From the NCBI GenBank assembly GCA_035387885.1, contig DAOOOW010000003.1:3498-67497 (forward strand): 64,000 nt of DNA, read 5' to 3'. The translations under genes and the position numbers were made by a program. The DNA is from a bacterium. Lineage in GTDB: Bacteria > Patescibacteriota > Patescibacteriia > UBA2196. This document shows, piece by piece, positions 28,034 through 37,920 of this stretch (position 1 is its first letter; each line of letters begins with the position of its first letter). The notes under the pieces were generated by a model. The model saw only the letters and a program-made list of their open reading frames with translations, did not search any database and was not told the origin of the DNA.

Positions 28034-28462
28034 ATGTTTCAAAAAATCGGCGATCTATTTTTAAAATTATTTTGGCAGCACCTTACAGAAAAAATTCGGC
28101 AATTTTTTATTTATTGTGTTGGTGGCGGATTGGCTTTTATTATTGATATTTTAGGTTTGTATCTTTTGACCGAATACCTGCACGTTTGGTATTTGTTTTC
28201 TGCCACAATGTCTTTTATTCTGGCCGCCATTTTTAACTATCTTTTTCAAAGATTTATCACTTTTCAATCCACTGACAAAAATATTACTCGGCAATTTATT
28301 TTTTTTGTTATTATCGCTGTTATTGGTCTTTTAATTAATAATACTTTACTATATTTATTGGTAGAATTAGCTGGCGTGTGGTATATTTTTGCCAAAACTC
28401 TTGCCGCGGCCATTGTTTTGGTGTGGAATTTTATAGCTAATAAAAAATTTACTTTTAAATAA
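28034..28462 (+). CDS. GtrA-family flippase-like protein
   Basis: four TMs; RQFFIY..GG, NYLFQRFITF and WNFIANKKFTF. Confidence 0.92.
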   Translation: MFQKIGDLFLKLFWQHLTEKIRQFFIYCVGGGLAFIIDILGLYLLTEYLHVWYLFSATMSFILAAIFNYLFQRFITFQSTDKNITRQFIFFVIIAVIGLLINNTLLYLLVELAGVWYIFAKTLAAAIVLVWNFIANKKFTFK

Positions 28463-28476
28463 TTTTTTTCTAGTAT

Positions 28477-29640
28477 ATGACAGTCTTAATTGCTACGGGC
28501 ATTTTTCCTCCCGATATTGGCGGTCCAGCCACTATGCTCCAATCTCTAGCCAAGAGTTTGGTTGAGCGTGGATTTAAAATAAAAATTATTACTTATAGTC
28601 AGGTTTCTAGACATAATTTAGATAATGAATTGGATATTTATCGGGTTAATAAAAATTTGCCTCTTGGATTAAGTAAAATTTTTTATTTTTTAAAACTTTG
28701 GCGTTTATCCAAAAAAGCAGATTTAATTTATGCCGCCGATACATACAGTGTCGGTTATTTTTCTTATCTTTTAAAAAAAATATTTAATAAAAAATATATC
28801 CTTCGCTTTACTGGTGACAGCGCTTGGGAAAATGCTCGTGCTAAAAATTTGCTTCAAGATGATTTGTTAACTTTTCAAAAAACTGTTTATAATTCTGATA
28901 TTGAAAAAATAAAATCGCGTCGCCAAAAAATTTTATTATTTGCTGATAAAATTATTGTTGATTGCGAGTTTAACAAAAAAATAGCCGAAGAGATCGGTGT
29001 TTTAAATAATAAAATTTTTGTTATCTATAACAGTGTAGAAATCCCCACCCACATAAAGAGAGTTGAAGAGAAAACAAAAGAATTTAAACCAAAATATTCC
29101 TCCAATAATGAAAAAATTATTTTGACTTCCTGTCGCTTAACTTCTTGGAAGGGTGTAGATCAAATCATTGAAATTTTACCAGAACTTAAAAAACAGATTG
29201 GTCCTTTAAATTTTTTAATTATGGGTCTTGGTCCGGAAAAAGAAAATTTAGAAAAAATAGCCGAGCAATCTGGTGTTTTAGATGATGTTCGTTTTTTAGG
29301 TATTATTGCTCAAGAACATATTTTTGAATATTATAAAATCGCCGATGTTTTTATTTTAAATTCTCAATACGAAGGCATGTCTAATACTTTGTTAGAAGTT
29401 ATGGCAGCTGATGTGCCAATTATCGCCAGCAATTGTGGAGGTAATCCAGAATTAATTGAAAATAATAAAACTGGAATCTTGGTGAAATATGGTAATAAAA
29501 ATGATTTATTAAAATCGTTGGTCAAATTGTTAATAGATAAAATTTTAGCCAAGGAATTGGCTCAAAACGCCCAACAAAAAGTTCAACAATTTAATTTAGA
29601 TAAAATGATCACTAAAACAATAGATGTAATAAAAAAATAA
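28477..29640 (+). CDS. GT4 glycosyltransferase
   Basis: FPPDIGGPAT, RLTSWKG and YEGMSNTLLEVM. Confidence 0.93.
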   Translation: MTVLIATGIFPPDIGGPATMLQSLAKSLVERGFKIKIITYSQVSRHNLDNELDIYRVNKNLPLGLSKIFYFLKLWRLSKKADLIYAADTYSVGYFSYLLKKIFNKKYILRFTGDSAWENARAKNLLQDDLLTFQKTVYNSDIEKIKSRRQKILLFADKIIVDCEFNKKIAEEIGVLNNKIFVIYNSVEIPTHIKRVEEKTKEFKPKYSSNNEKIILTSCRLTSWKGVDQIIEILPELKKQIGPLNFLIMGLGPEKENLEKIAEQSGVLDDVRFLGIIAQEHIFEYYKIADVFILNSQYEGMSNTLLEVMAADVPIIASNCGGNPELIENNKTGILVKYGNKNDLLKSLVKLLIDKILAKELAQNAQQKVQQFNLDKMITKTIDVIKK

Positions 29641-29647
29641 ATAAATC

Positions 29648-31099
29648 ATGAAAATACTTTTAATTAACCCACCTTTCAACATTCCCAAAGAAAATTACGA
29701 CAGCTCTGTTTCCGTTGGTCTTTTGTCAATTGCCAGTTTTTTAAAAAGCAATGGAGTTGGTGTTGAAATTATTGATGCTGTACGCCAGAAAGATTTTTTA
29801 AATTTAATTTCTAATCGCGCTAAAGAATATAATTTAATTGGTCTATCAGTTATGACCATGCAAATTAGTGAAGCTTTAAAAATTAGTCAATTAATAAGAA
29901 AAATAAATTCGCAGGCTAAAATTCTTTGGGGCGGTTCGCACCCAACTTTTTTTGTTAAAGAAACTATTGAGCATCCACTTGTGGATTTGGTTTGTTTTGG
30001 TGAAGGAGAAAAAGTTTGTTTAGATTTAATCCAAAATAAACCATTTGAGGAAATTTCAGGCTTAGCCTATAAAACAGAAAATAGCGAAATTAAAATCAAC
30101 CCCCATCAGCCCCTTCTTAAAAGAGAAGAACTGCCGGAATTTAATTGGAATTTGGTACCAGAAGAAATTCTTAATCATCTCTATTTAATTCCCTCACTAA
30201 CTTCCCGAGGTTGTCCACACCGTTGCACATTTTGTATTAATGCCATTTTAAAAAATCACTGGCGCGCCAAAAGTGCAGAACAAGTTTTGCATGATTTAGA
30301 AATAATTAAAAATAGACCAGAATTTCAAAATAAAAAAATTCGTTTTTGGGATGAAAATTTTTTTGTGGATATTGAACGCGCTAAAAAAATAATTTCTGGC
30401 ATGATTGAGAGAAATCTTGTTATGCCTTGGGAAACAACTATTAGAGCTAATTATTTAAATAATGACATGATTGATGATAATTTATTAAAACAAATGAAGA
30501 CTTCGGGTTGTTATTTATTATCTTTTGGAGCTGAATCTGGTTGTCCTAGAATTTTGAAAAAAATTAAAAAAGATGTTGATCCAGAAGAAATTTTAAATTC
30601 TGCTAAAATGGCTTTGCGCCATAATATTATTCCGCAATATTCTTTTATGATTGGTTTGCCAGGCGAAACCAGAAGCGACATGCACGCTACTTTAAAATTA
30701 ATTGATGATTTGCTAAAATTAAGTCCTAAGATTCAAATTTTGGGTCCGCAAGCTTTTCGGCCATATCCGGGTTCAGAATTATATGAAGAATGTTTGCAAG
30801 CTGGCTGGCAGGCGCCAAAAAATTTAGACGACTGGACACATCTAATTGAAAATCAATTAAATTATTTATCTGTTAAAAACTTTCCTTGGGTTGAAGACAA
30901 AGATAAAGATTTTGTGGAATCCATGGAAGCTTATGTACGTTTTGGTGCTCATTCCATTAGCAGTGCTATGGGCTCGAGCGTTAAAGCTAAAAAAAATCTT
31001 AAACTTGGTTTTGTGCTTCTGTGTCAATTACGTTGGAAATTAAAATTTTTTGCTTGGCCAATTGAATTTAAACTCGCGAAAAAATTTGTTAGTGGGTAA
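29648..31099 (+). CDS. cobalamin-binding radical SAM protein (class B methyltransferase-like)
   Basis: KILLINPP, WGGSHPT, GEGE, SRGCPHRCTFC, GAESG and IGLPGET. Confidence 0.93.
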   Translation: MKILLINPPFNIPKENYDSSVSVGLLSIASFLKSNGVGVEIIDAVRQKDFLNLISNRAKEYNLIGLSVMTMQISEALKISQLIRKINSQAKILWGGSHPTFFVKETIEHPLVDLVCFGEGEKVCLDLIQNKPFEEISGLAYKTENSEIKINPHQPLLKREELPEFNWNLVPEEILNHLYLIPSLTSRGCPHRCTFCINAILKNHWRAKSAEQVLHDLEIIKNRPEFQNKKIRFWDENFFVDIERAKKIISGMIERNLVMPWETTIRANYLNNDMIDDNLLKQMKTSGCYLLSFGAESGCPRILKKIKKDVDPEEILNSAKMALRHNIIPQYSFMIGLPGETRSDMHATLKLIDDLLKLSPKIQILGPQAFRPYPGSELYEECLQAGWQAPKNLDDWTHLIENQLNYLSVKNFPWVEDKDKDFVESMEAYVRFGAHSISSAMGSSVKAKKNLKLGFVLLCQLRWKLKFFAWPIEFKLAKKFVSG

Positions 31100-31576
31100 A
31101 TTGGGTATTATTAGATTTCTACCTTTAAAGAGGGCAAAAAGGCGACAATAAAACTTAAAATAAAAAAGCCCACCGTGGTGGGCATTAAAAAAATTAGTTC
31201 GACGATTTGGAATCTTCAGGATGTTCTTTAATAGTTTTTGTGACAAGTAAAGACAAAAAAATATTACCAAAAAAAGATAAAATAAAAAGAAATTTCCAGG
31301 TGCGTTTACAAAGACATGAAAACCACAACAAAACCAGATTAAAAAACTGAAAACCATAAGAAGGGCTGTTGACTCATCACATTTTTTATGTATATCAATT
31401 GAATAAAAATTGGCTACCGCAGAAAGAAACCCTACCAAGGAAACAAAAAAGGTTGTTTTGATACCATGTTGTGGTATTTTAACAATATTTATTGCTAAAA
31501 AAATATCAATGACCGCGGAAATAAATGCTACAGCGTAGTAGAAACTAGCTTTTTCTAAGATTTGATTAATTTTCAT
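31040..31576 (-). CDS. orphan four-TM membrane protein; 3' end probably extended past its terminator
   Basis: AGGAG SD and TTGACA-17-TAATTT promoter upstream; the ORF runs through the minus-strand hairpin at 31162-31183 and 60 nt into the convergent gene. Confidence 0.6.
   Translation of the reverse strand: MKINQILEKASFYYAVAFISAVIDIFLAINIVKIPQHGIKTTFFVSLVGFLSAVANFYSIDIHKKCDESTALLMVFSFLIWFCCGFHVFVNAPGNFFLFYLFLVIFFCLYLSQKLLKNILKIPNRRTNFFNAHHGGLFYFKFYCRLFALFKGRNLIIPNLPTNKFFREFKFNWPSKKF
31162..31183 (-). terminator. rho-independent terminator
   Basis: A6-GCCCACC-GT-GGTGGGC (T-run on the minus strand). Confidence 0.65.
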
Positions 31577-31665
31577 TTTTCACTCCTGCTGTGAGTTTTA
31601 AGAGTTTTTAGAATTTATAATCAATTAAGATTAAATTAGCAAATATTTAATAAAATGTCAAGTCT

Positions 31666-32805
31666 ATGAAAATCCTAATGCTTTCCATTGACAAAGGCCT
31701 ACTTGGAAAAAATCCCATGGGCGATGTAATTGAGCGTCATAAAAAATATGGCGAGTTTTGTGAACAACTAGATATCGTTGTGTTTTCTAAGGTGCATTAT
31801 GAAAAACAAAAATTATCAAATAATGTTTTCGTATATTCTACTAATTCCCTAACTCGTTATAATTTTTTCTTTGATGCCTATAAAATTGGTAAAAAATTAT
31901 TTAAAGAAAATTATTACCAATTAATAATAGGAGATTTTTTTTCTGGCTTAAGCGCTTGGTGGCTTAAGAAAAAATTTAAAAGCAAATTATTATTAACTTT
32001 ACACGGTGATTTTTGGCACAACAAGGCTGGTTTACAATCTTTGTGGCATAATTATTTTTTATTGTTTTTTAATAAAATTTTATTAAAAAAAGTTGATAGT
32101 CTTAGAGTGGTTTCTAATAGTTTAAAAAATAAATTAATAAAAATGGGAGTAAATCCAGAAAAAGTTTGGGTCATTCCAGTAGCAGTTGATTGGCAAAAAA
32201 TAAATCAATTTGATCCGCAGATTAAAAAAGAAATAGAAAACAATTTTCCCGGTAAAATTATATTATTTATCGGACGCTTAGATGCAGTGAAAAATTTATC
32301 TTGGTTTTTGGATGTTTTTAAAAAAGTGGCCGAACAATATATTGGATCGGTAAAATTAGTTATAGCCGGTCAAGGTGTGGAAGAAAAAAAATTAAACGCA
32401 AAAGTCCAGCAACTTAATATTGAAGATAGAGTCAAATTTGTTGGGCAAATTCCGCACAATGAATTACCCAACTATTTGGCAGCCTGCAATATTTTGGTTT
32501 TGCCATCTTTATCCGAAAGTTTTGGCAAGGTTTTAATTGAGGCAGGAGCAGCTGGTAAACCAGTTGTGGCCACAATGACAACTGGAGCTAAAGAAATCGT
32601 AGAGAACGGTGTTACGGGCTTTTTAACACCTATTGGTGATGCCGAGGCTATGGCCGAAGCTATTTTAAAACTGTTAAATAATACAGATTTGGCAGAAAAA
32701 ATGGGCGCCCAAGCCAAAGAATATATTAAACAAAATTTTGATGGTAATGTTAATTTGCAAAAAATTAAAGAAATGTGGTCTAAAATAGTTAATGATAAAA
32801 CCTAA
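31666..32805 (+). CDS. GT4 glycosyltransferase
   Basis: TLHGD, FIGRLDAVKN and SESFGKVLIEA. Confidence 0.93.
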   Translation: MKILMLSIDKGLLGKNPMGDVIERHKKYGEFCEQLDIVVFSKVHYEKQKLSNNVFVYSTNSLTRYNFFFDAYKIGKKLFKENYYQLIIGDFFSGLSAWWLKKKFKSKLLLTLHGDFWHNKAGLQSLWHNYFLLFFNKILLKKVDSLRVVSNSLKNKLIKMGVNPEKVWVIPVAVDWQKINQFDPQIKKEIENNFPGKIILFIGRLDAVKNLSWFLDVFKKVAEQYIGSVKLVIAGQGVEEKKLNAKVQQLNIEDRVKFVGQIPHNELPNYLAACNILVLPSLSESFGKVLIEAGAAGKPVVATMTTGAKEIVENGVTGFLTPIGDAEAMAEAILKLLNNTDLAEKMGAQAKEYIKQNFDGNVNLQKIKEMWSKIVNDKT

Positions 32806-32828
32806 AACCAATCAAACAGGAGGAAAAA

Positions 32829-33020
32829 ATGAATTCAGCGAAAATCGTATCAATTAAAGAGCAAACAAGACTGGCTACATTTAAAGCAGAATTGAAAGAT
32901 GAAATCTTCTTTTCTGCCAATGAAGAAGGTTTTGACCGCTTTTTTTCTAGAGTTAGACGTTTGCTAGATAATCAAGAAAGAGAAGAGAGCCGTAGAAAAC
33001 TTCAGGAGTCTGAAGAATAA
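32829..33020 (+). CDS. small hypothetical protein (orphan)
   Basis: AGGAGG SD; 63 aa, charged and helical. Confidence 0.65.
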   Translation: MNSAKIVSIKEQTRLATFKAELKDEIFFSANEEGFDRFFSRVRRLLDNQEREESRRKLQESEE

Positions 33021-33065
33021 AAAGTGAGTATTAAAATAAACACAACAAACAACAGGGGGTAATTT

Positions 33066-33320
33066 ATGTTGACTGCCCAAGAGCTTCTAGAAGAGAGTTC
33101 TGAAATTTTAGAAGGTATTAATGATCCTGAAGAAAGAAGACTTGTGGAACTGTTGTAGATAGAAAAAGTCGATATTATATTAAAAATGCGTCTTGACCAT
33201 ATTGAATCTTGGCCGTCTTTTTTAGACAGACTTGAAAGAATTTTAGAGTTTGCTAAATTGCACAGTTGGACTGCCCTTAAGGAGTATGAAACTAATTTGG
33301 CATTAAAAAAGAAAAAATAA
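33066..33320 (+). pseudogene. 84-codon orphan ORF with one in-frame TAG (33156-33158)
   Basis: AGGGGG SD; MLTAQELLEES...LVELL*IEKVDIILKMRLDH...LKKKK then TAA right before the terminator. Confidence 0.6.
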
Positions 33321-33323
33321 GGT

Positions 33324-33360
33324 AAAAAAACACCCCGACAAGTCGTCGGGGTTTTGTTTT
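33324..33360. terminator. bidirectional terminator
   Basis: A7-cACCCCGAC-aagtc-GTCGGGGT-T-rich between convergent ORFs. Confidence 0.8.
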
Positions 33361-33650
33361 TAATGTCCTGAACATTCTTTGCACCTCAAAGAGATCGATT
33401 CAAAATTAATAGGCCCTGTTAAACATTGTTCGCAAAAACCTTGCTGATGGAGCATGTAATTATGATCCAAGTTATACAAAGACACAATGTGAATGGTGTG
33501 CCTTCTGTGCTTGGCTAAATTAATCTGACACGTTCCTGTGCATTCTCCAATTACTTTATACCTTGCGCCATTAATTTTTAGTATTTCTCCATTTTTAGGC
33601 AAGTGATCACATTTCATTTTCAATCTCTCCTGTAATTGTGTTTTAGGCAT
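33360..33650 (-). CDS. small Cys/His-rich hypothetical protein (possible Zn binder); start may be 33617
   Basis: CTGTC, CEQC and CKEC; GGAGAG precedes the second Met. Confidence 0.6.
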   Translation of the reverse strand: MPKTQLQERLKMKCDHLPKNGEILKINGARYKVIGECTGTCQINLAKHRRHTIHIVSLYNLDHNYMLHQQGFCEQCLTGPINFESISLRCKECSGH

Positions 33651-33670
33651 TATTCATCTATAATTAAGAT

Positions 33671-34729
33671 ATGATTTTACTTTTTACCACTCGTAAAGTT
33701 GATAAAAATGACGAAAGAACTGGTTTTGTTTCTGGTTGGCTTTTAGAACTCTCTAAACATTTAAGCAAATTGATTGTAATTTGTCAAGAAAAAGGCGATA
33801 TTTCTGATCTGCCTAAAAATATTGAGGTTTACTCACTAGGCAAAGAAAAAGGCTATAATAAATTAAAACAAATTACTAATTTTCAATTTCTAATGGCTAA
33901 AAAAATAAAAGAGGTTAATGGTATATTTTCTCACATGGTGCCACATTATGCGGTTTTGGCCGGACCATGGTCTAAAATTTATCATAAAAAATTAGTTCAA
34001 TGGTATGTTCACAAAACAGTTTCACCTTGGTTAAAAATGGCTAATATGTTTGTGGATGAATATGTAACCACCAATCCAGAAAGTTTTCAATTAAAAACAA
34101 AAAAACCTATCAATTATTTTGGTCACGGTATTAATGTAAATAAATTTAAACCAATTACCAGTTACCAATTACCAATTACCAGTTTTATTATTCTCTCTAT
34201 TAGCCGCATTTCTCCTAGCAAAAACATTGACCTAATGATTAAAGCAATAGAAAAAATTTTAAATGAAAATCCAGAATTAAAAGATGTAATTCAATTACAA
34301 ATCATTGGCGGACCAGCTTTAAAAGAACAACAAAAATATTATGATTCACTGGCAGATTATATTGTTGAAAATAAATTAACCAATAATATTCAACTTCTTG
34401 GGCCAATGTCGCCAGAAAAAGTTTTGCCATATTATCAAAACTGCGATTTATTTTTAAATTTATCAGAAACTGGTTCAGTAGATAAAGCTGTGCTGGAAGC
34501 TATGGCATGCGAAAAAATAGTTTTAACAAGTAATGTAGCTTTTAAAAATATCGTGCCAGCTCAATTATTTTTAGCCGAAAAAAATATTGATTTACTGGCA
34601 AATAAAACTTTAGAAATATATAATTTATCGCAGGAAGAAAAAGGAAATTTGCAAAAGAAACTCAGACAAGAAATTGTCGATAATCATAATTTAAAAAATC
34701 TCGCACAAAAAATTATTAAGTTGTTTTAA
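33671..34729 (+). CDS. GT4 glycosyltransferase with heptamer-derived segments
   Basis: GHGIN, SRISPSKN and TGSVDKAVLEAMAC. Confidence 0.92.
   Translation: MILLFTTRKVDKNDERTGFVSGWLLELSKHLSKLIVICQEKGDISDLPKNIEVYSLGKEKGYNKLKQITNFQFLMAKKIKEVNGIFSHMVPHYAVLAGPWSKIYHKKLVQWYVHKTVSPWLKMANMFVDEYVTTNPESFQLKTKKPINYFGHGINVNKFKPITSYQLPITSFIILSISRISPSKNIDLMIKAIEKILNENPELKDVIQLQIIGGPALKEQQKYYDSLADYIVENKLTNNIQLLGPMSPEKVLPYYQNCDLFLNLSETGSVDKAVLEAMACEKIVLTSNVAFKNIVPAQLFLAEKNIDLLANKTLEIYNLSQEEKGNLQKKLRQEIVDNHNLKNLAQKIIKLF
34150..34184. repeat. heptamer tandem repeat ACCARTT x5, in frame
   Basis: ACCAATT ACCAGTT ACCAATT ACCAATT ACCAGTT encodes PITSYQLPITS. Confidence 0.92.
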
Positions 34730-34732
34730 AAT

Positions 34733-36013
34733 ATGAAAATTTGCATTATCGCCTATAAATTTGGCACTGAAAAAGAAATTGGGGAACATTTGGGCACTTA
34801 TCATTGGTTTATCGAATTTACCCGCCGTTTGGTTAAAGAAGGCCACGAAGTTGTTGTTGTAGCCCCCTGGATTTCTTTGTTTAAAAAAGGCAGTTTAGAA
34901 GTTAATGGAGTCAAAATTATTCGTTATTGGCCAAAATTTTGGTATCGTTTTTTGGCTTTTCCAATTAATAAAATTTGGCGCGCTATTTACATCTACGCAA
35001 CCAAAAAAAATGTTTTAAAAATATCTCAAAAAATTAAACCTGATATTTTTTTAGTTTGGCAGTCCAGAGAAACCGGTTATGCAATATCTCAAATTAAAGA
35101 AAAATTATCGGCGCCTGTTTTATTTCGTCAAATTGGTGCTTGGGCTTGGCATCTTAATCGTTCGGCTAAAGAGGTTTATGAAAAACGACCCTGGTATCAA
35201 ATTCTAAAAAAAGCTGGCCTTGATAAAATGGCCAATATCATTTTGGAATATTTATTAGATAAAAAAAATCAAAGAAAATTTGCTACAGCCATTTATAAAA
35301 AATTAGATCAAATTATTTTCGTTAGCCAGATTGCCACTTCCGAGGGACTGGCTTTAAATTTAGAAAAAGAAAAAATTGTTGTTCAACCAGTGACCATAGA
35401 AACAGAATTATTCTATCCTTTGGAAGATAAACAAAAAATACGGCAAGAGCTTGGTCTTCGGGGTGATAAAATTTTACTTTTTGTTGGGCGGTTAAATTTT
35501 GCCGAAAAGGGTCTAGGTTATTTATTAGAAGCTTTAAAAATTGCCAAAGAAAAAATTAGTGATTTGCAGTTGGTTATTATTGGCGCTGGCGGTGAACAAG
35601 AAAGAATGTTAAAAATGATTAAAGACCTGTTGTTGGAAAACAATGTGCAATGGGTTGGCAAAAAACCATTCAACGATTTAATAAAATATTTTAATGCCGC
35701 CGATGTTTTTATAATGAGTTCTATTTGGATGGAAACTTTTGGTCAAGTAACAATTGAAGCCATGGCTTGTGGGGTGCCAGTTATTGGTTTTAAAGCTGGG
35801 GCTACACCAGAAATTAATCTCCATGAAATTACTGGTTATAATGTAGAAAGTAAAAATAGTTTTTTAATGGCCGAAGCCATAGTTAAAATTTTTAATGATG
35901 AGGAGAAAAGAAAAAAGATGGGTGAAGCGGCGAGACAAAGAGTTGAAAAAAATTATACTTTTGAGGTTTTAATTAAAGATTTTATTAATTTGGTTAATCA
36001 AATAAAAAAATAA
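34733..36013 (+). CDS. GT4 glycosyltransferase
   Basis: FVGRL..EKG and ETFGQVTIEAMACG. Confidence 0.93.
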   Translation: MKICIIAYKFGTEKEIGEHLGTYHWFIEFTRRLVKEGHEVVVVAPWISLFKKGSLEVNGVKIIRYWPKFWYRFLAFPINKIWRAIYIYATKKNVLKISQKIKPDIFLVWQSRETGYAISQIKEKLSAPVLFRQIGAWAWHLNRSAKEVYEKRPWYQILKKAGLDKMANIILEYLLDKKNQRKFATAIYKKLDQIIFVSQIATSEGLALNLEKEKIVVQPVTIETELFYPLEDKQKIRQELGLRGDKILLFVGRLNFAEKGLGYLLEALKIAKEKISDLQLVIIGAGGEQERMLKMIKDLLLENNVQWVGKKPFNDLIKYFNAADVFIMSSIWMETFGQVTIEAMACGVPVIGFKAGATPEINLHEITGYNVESKNSFLMAEAIVKIFNDEEKRKKMGEAARQRVEKNYTFEVLIKDFINLVNQIKK

Positions 36014-36015
36014 AT

Positions 36016-36753
36016 ATGTTATTAAATAAAATAGTTTTAATCACTGGCGGTAATATGGGTATTGGACTTGCCACCGCCAAATATTTTGCTGAAAACAAGA
36101 TTACTGTTTTATATACTTATTTTGAAGATCAAAATAATAATGAGCAAATAAGTGTTGAATTAAAAAAAATGGGTGCTCCTGAAGTTGAAGGCTTTTTTTT
36201 AGATTTACAAGATGATGAAAATATCAAAAAAATAGCTTGGATAATTAAAGAAAAATATGGCCAAATAGATTATTTAATTAATAATGCGGCTCTCAAATTT
36301 AATGCTTTACTAGAAAATCAGTCTTTTAATATGATTAATAGTCAGTTAAGAGTGAATTTAGAAGGATTAATTAAACTAACTAAGGAATTTTTGCCTTTTA
36401 TTAAAGAGGTTATTATAAATATTGCCAGTGCTTTGGCATTAGAAGGAGCAAAGAAAGATTTAACTATCTATTGTGCCAGCAAATACGGGGTACGGGGATT
36501 TACAAAATCATTAGCTCGAGAATATCCTCAACTAAAAATTTATACGCTTAATCCTAGTTTAACAGCCACTCGTATGGGGCATTTTCAAGGGATGATGCCG
36601 GAAAAAACAGCGGAGATAGTCTTTAATACGGCCATGGGAAAATATCGCGTAAAATCTGGTGCTGACATAAATGTTCGAGATTATAAATATAATAAATTTA
36701 TTAAATTTTTTTTACCGATTTGGCGATTAATTAAAAAGATGATAAAGTTTTAA
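36016..36753 (+). CDS. short-chain dehydrogenase/reductase
   Basis: TGGNMGIG, LINNA and YCASK. Confidence 0.93.
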   Translation: MLLNKIVLITGGNMGIGLATAKYFAENKITVLYTYFEDQNNNEQISVELKKMGAPEVEGFFLDLQDDENIKKIAWIIKEKYGQIDYLINNAALKFNALLENQSFNMINSQLRVNLEGLIKLTKEFLPFIKEVIINIASALALEGAKKDLTIYCASKYGVRGFTKSLAREYPQLKIYTLNPSLTATRMGHFQGMMPEKTAEIVFNTAMGKYRVKSGADINVRDYKYNKFIKFFLPIWRLIKKMIKF

Positions 36754-36795
36754 GGTAAAAAATTAATAATTATTAAAATAATTAAAATAAAAAAT

Positions 36796-37917
36796 ATGAA
36801 AATTTTGAATTTTAATTCTGGTTTCTTGCCAGACAGGGGTGGGGTGGCGACCTATTCTTATGAGTTAACAAAATCTTTATCCGAAAACGACCAAGTAGAA
36901 AAAGTGCAAGTCATAGCTTTTAATGTCTCTGAAGCTGGCGAGGAAAAAGTTAATGACAAATATCATATCATTAGAATTAAGCGCGGAACGGTTGGTCTTT
37001 GGGCTATGGGCTTTATGATTTTAAAATATCTTTGGCAATATAGAGATTTTGATATTATTCATGCGACCAATATGTTTCCTGTGGGTTTTTGGGTGATGAT
37101 TTGGACAAAAATTTTAAGAAAAAAATATTTTATTACCATTTATGGCACCGATACTTTAACCAAACTTGGTTCAAAAAAGACTCGTTTAGCTAAAAAAATT
37201 ATAATGCAACAAGCTACCAAAGTTTTTAGTTTTAGTAATTCTACTACTCAAAAAACATTGGAAAAATATCAAATATCAGCTAAAAATTTTGTAACCATTT
37301 ATCCTGGAGTAACTGGTAATTTTAATAGTAAAATAAATTTTAATCTTAAAAACGAGCTTGGTTTCACTGGGGATGATTTTATTGTTTTAACTATTTGTCA
37401 TTTAGTAGCTCGCAAGGGAGTTGATGATGTAATAAGAGCTATTAGTATGATTGAGGATGAAAGAGTAAAATTAATTATTGGTGGTCAAGGCCCAGAAAAA
37501 GAAAATTTAGAAAATTTAGTTAAAGAATTAAAATTAGAAAAAAGAGTTAAGATTGTGGGTTTGATTCGCGATGTAGAATCATATTATAGAATATCTAATG
37601 TTTTTATTCTTGCTTCCTATTATGATAATACCGGCGATATTGAAGGTTTGGGGATTGTTTTAATTGAAGCGCAATTGAGTAATGTTCCCATAATTGGTAC
37701 TAATAGCGGTGGTATTCCGGAAACTATGCAAAATGGCGTGACCGGTTTTGTTGTTCCAGAACATGGGATAGAAGAAATAAAAGAGAAAATTTTATTTTTA
37801 AAAAATAATCCTGATATTTACCAAAAAATGAGTCAGACGGCTAAGGAATTTTCGATCAAAAATTTCAATTGGGTTAAAGTAGCAAAAGATTATATAAATT
37901 TTTATCAACAGAATTAA
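36796..37917 (+). CDS. GT4 glycosyltransferase
   Basis: GGVATY, LVARKG and EGLGIVLIEA. Confidence 0.93.
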   Translation: MKILNFNSGFLPDRGGVATYSYELTKSLSENDQVEKVQVIAFNVSEAGEEKVNDKYHIIRIKRGTVGLWAMGFMILKYLWQYRDFDIIHATNMFPVGFWVMIWTKILRKKYFITIYGTDTLTKLGSKKTRLAKKIIMQQATKVFSFSNSTTQKTLEKYQISAKNFVTIYPGVTGNFNSKINFNLKNELGFTGDDFIVLTICHLVARKGVDDVIRAISMIEDERVKLIIGGQGPEKENLENLVKELKLEKRVKIVGLIRDVESYYRISNVFILASYYDNTGDIEGLGIVLIEAQLSNVPIIGTNSGGIPETMQNGVTGFVVPEHGIEEIKEKILFLKNNPDIYQKMSQTAKEFSIKNFNWVKVAKDYINFYQQN

Positions 37918-37920
37918 AAT

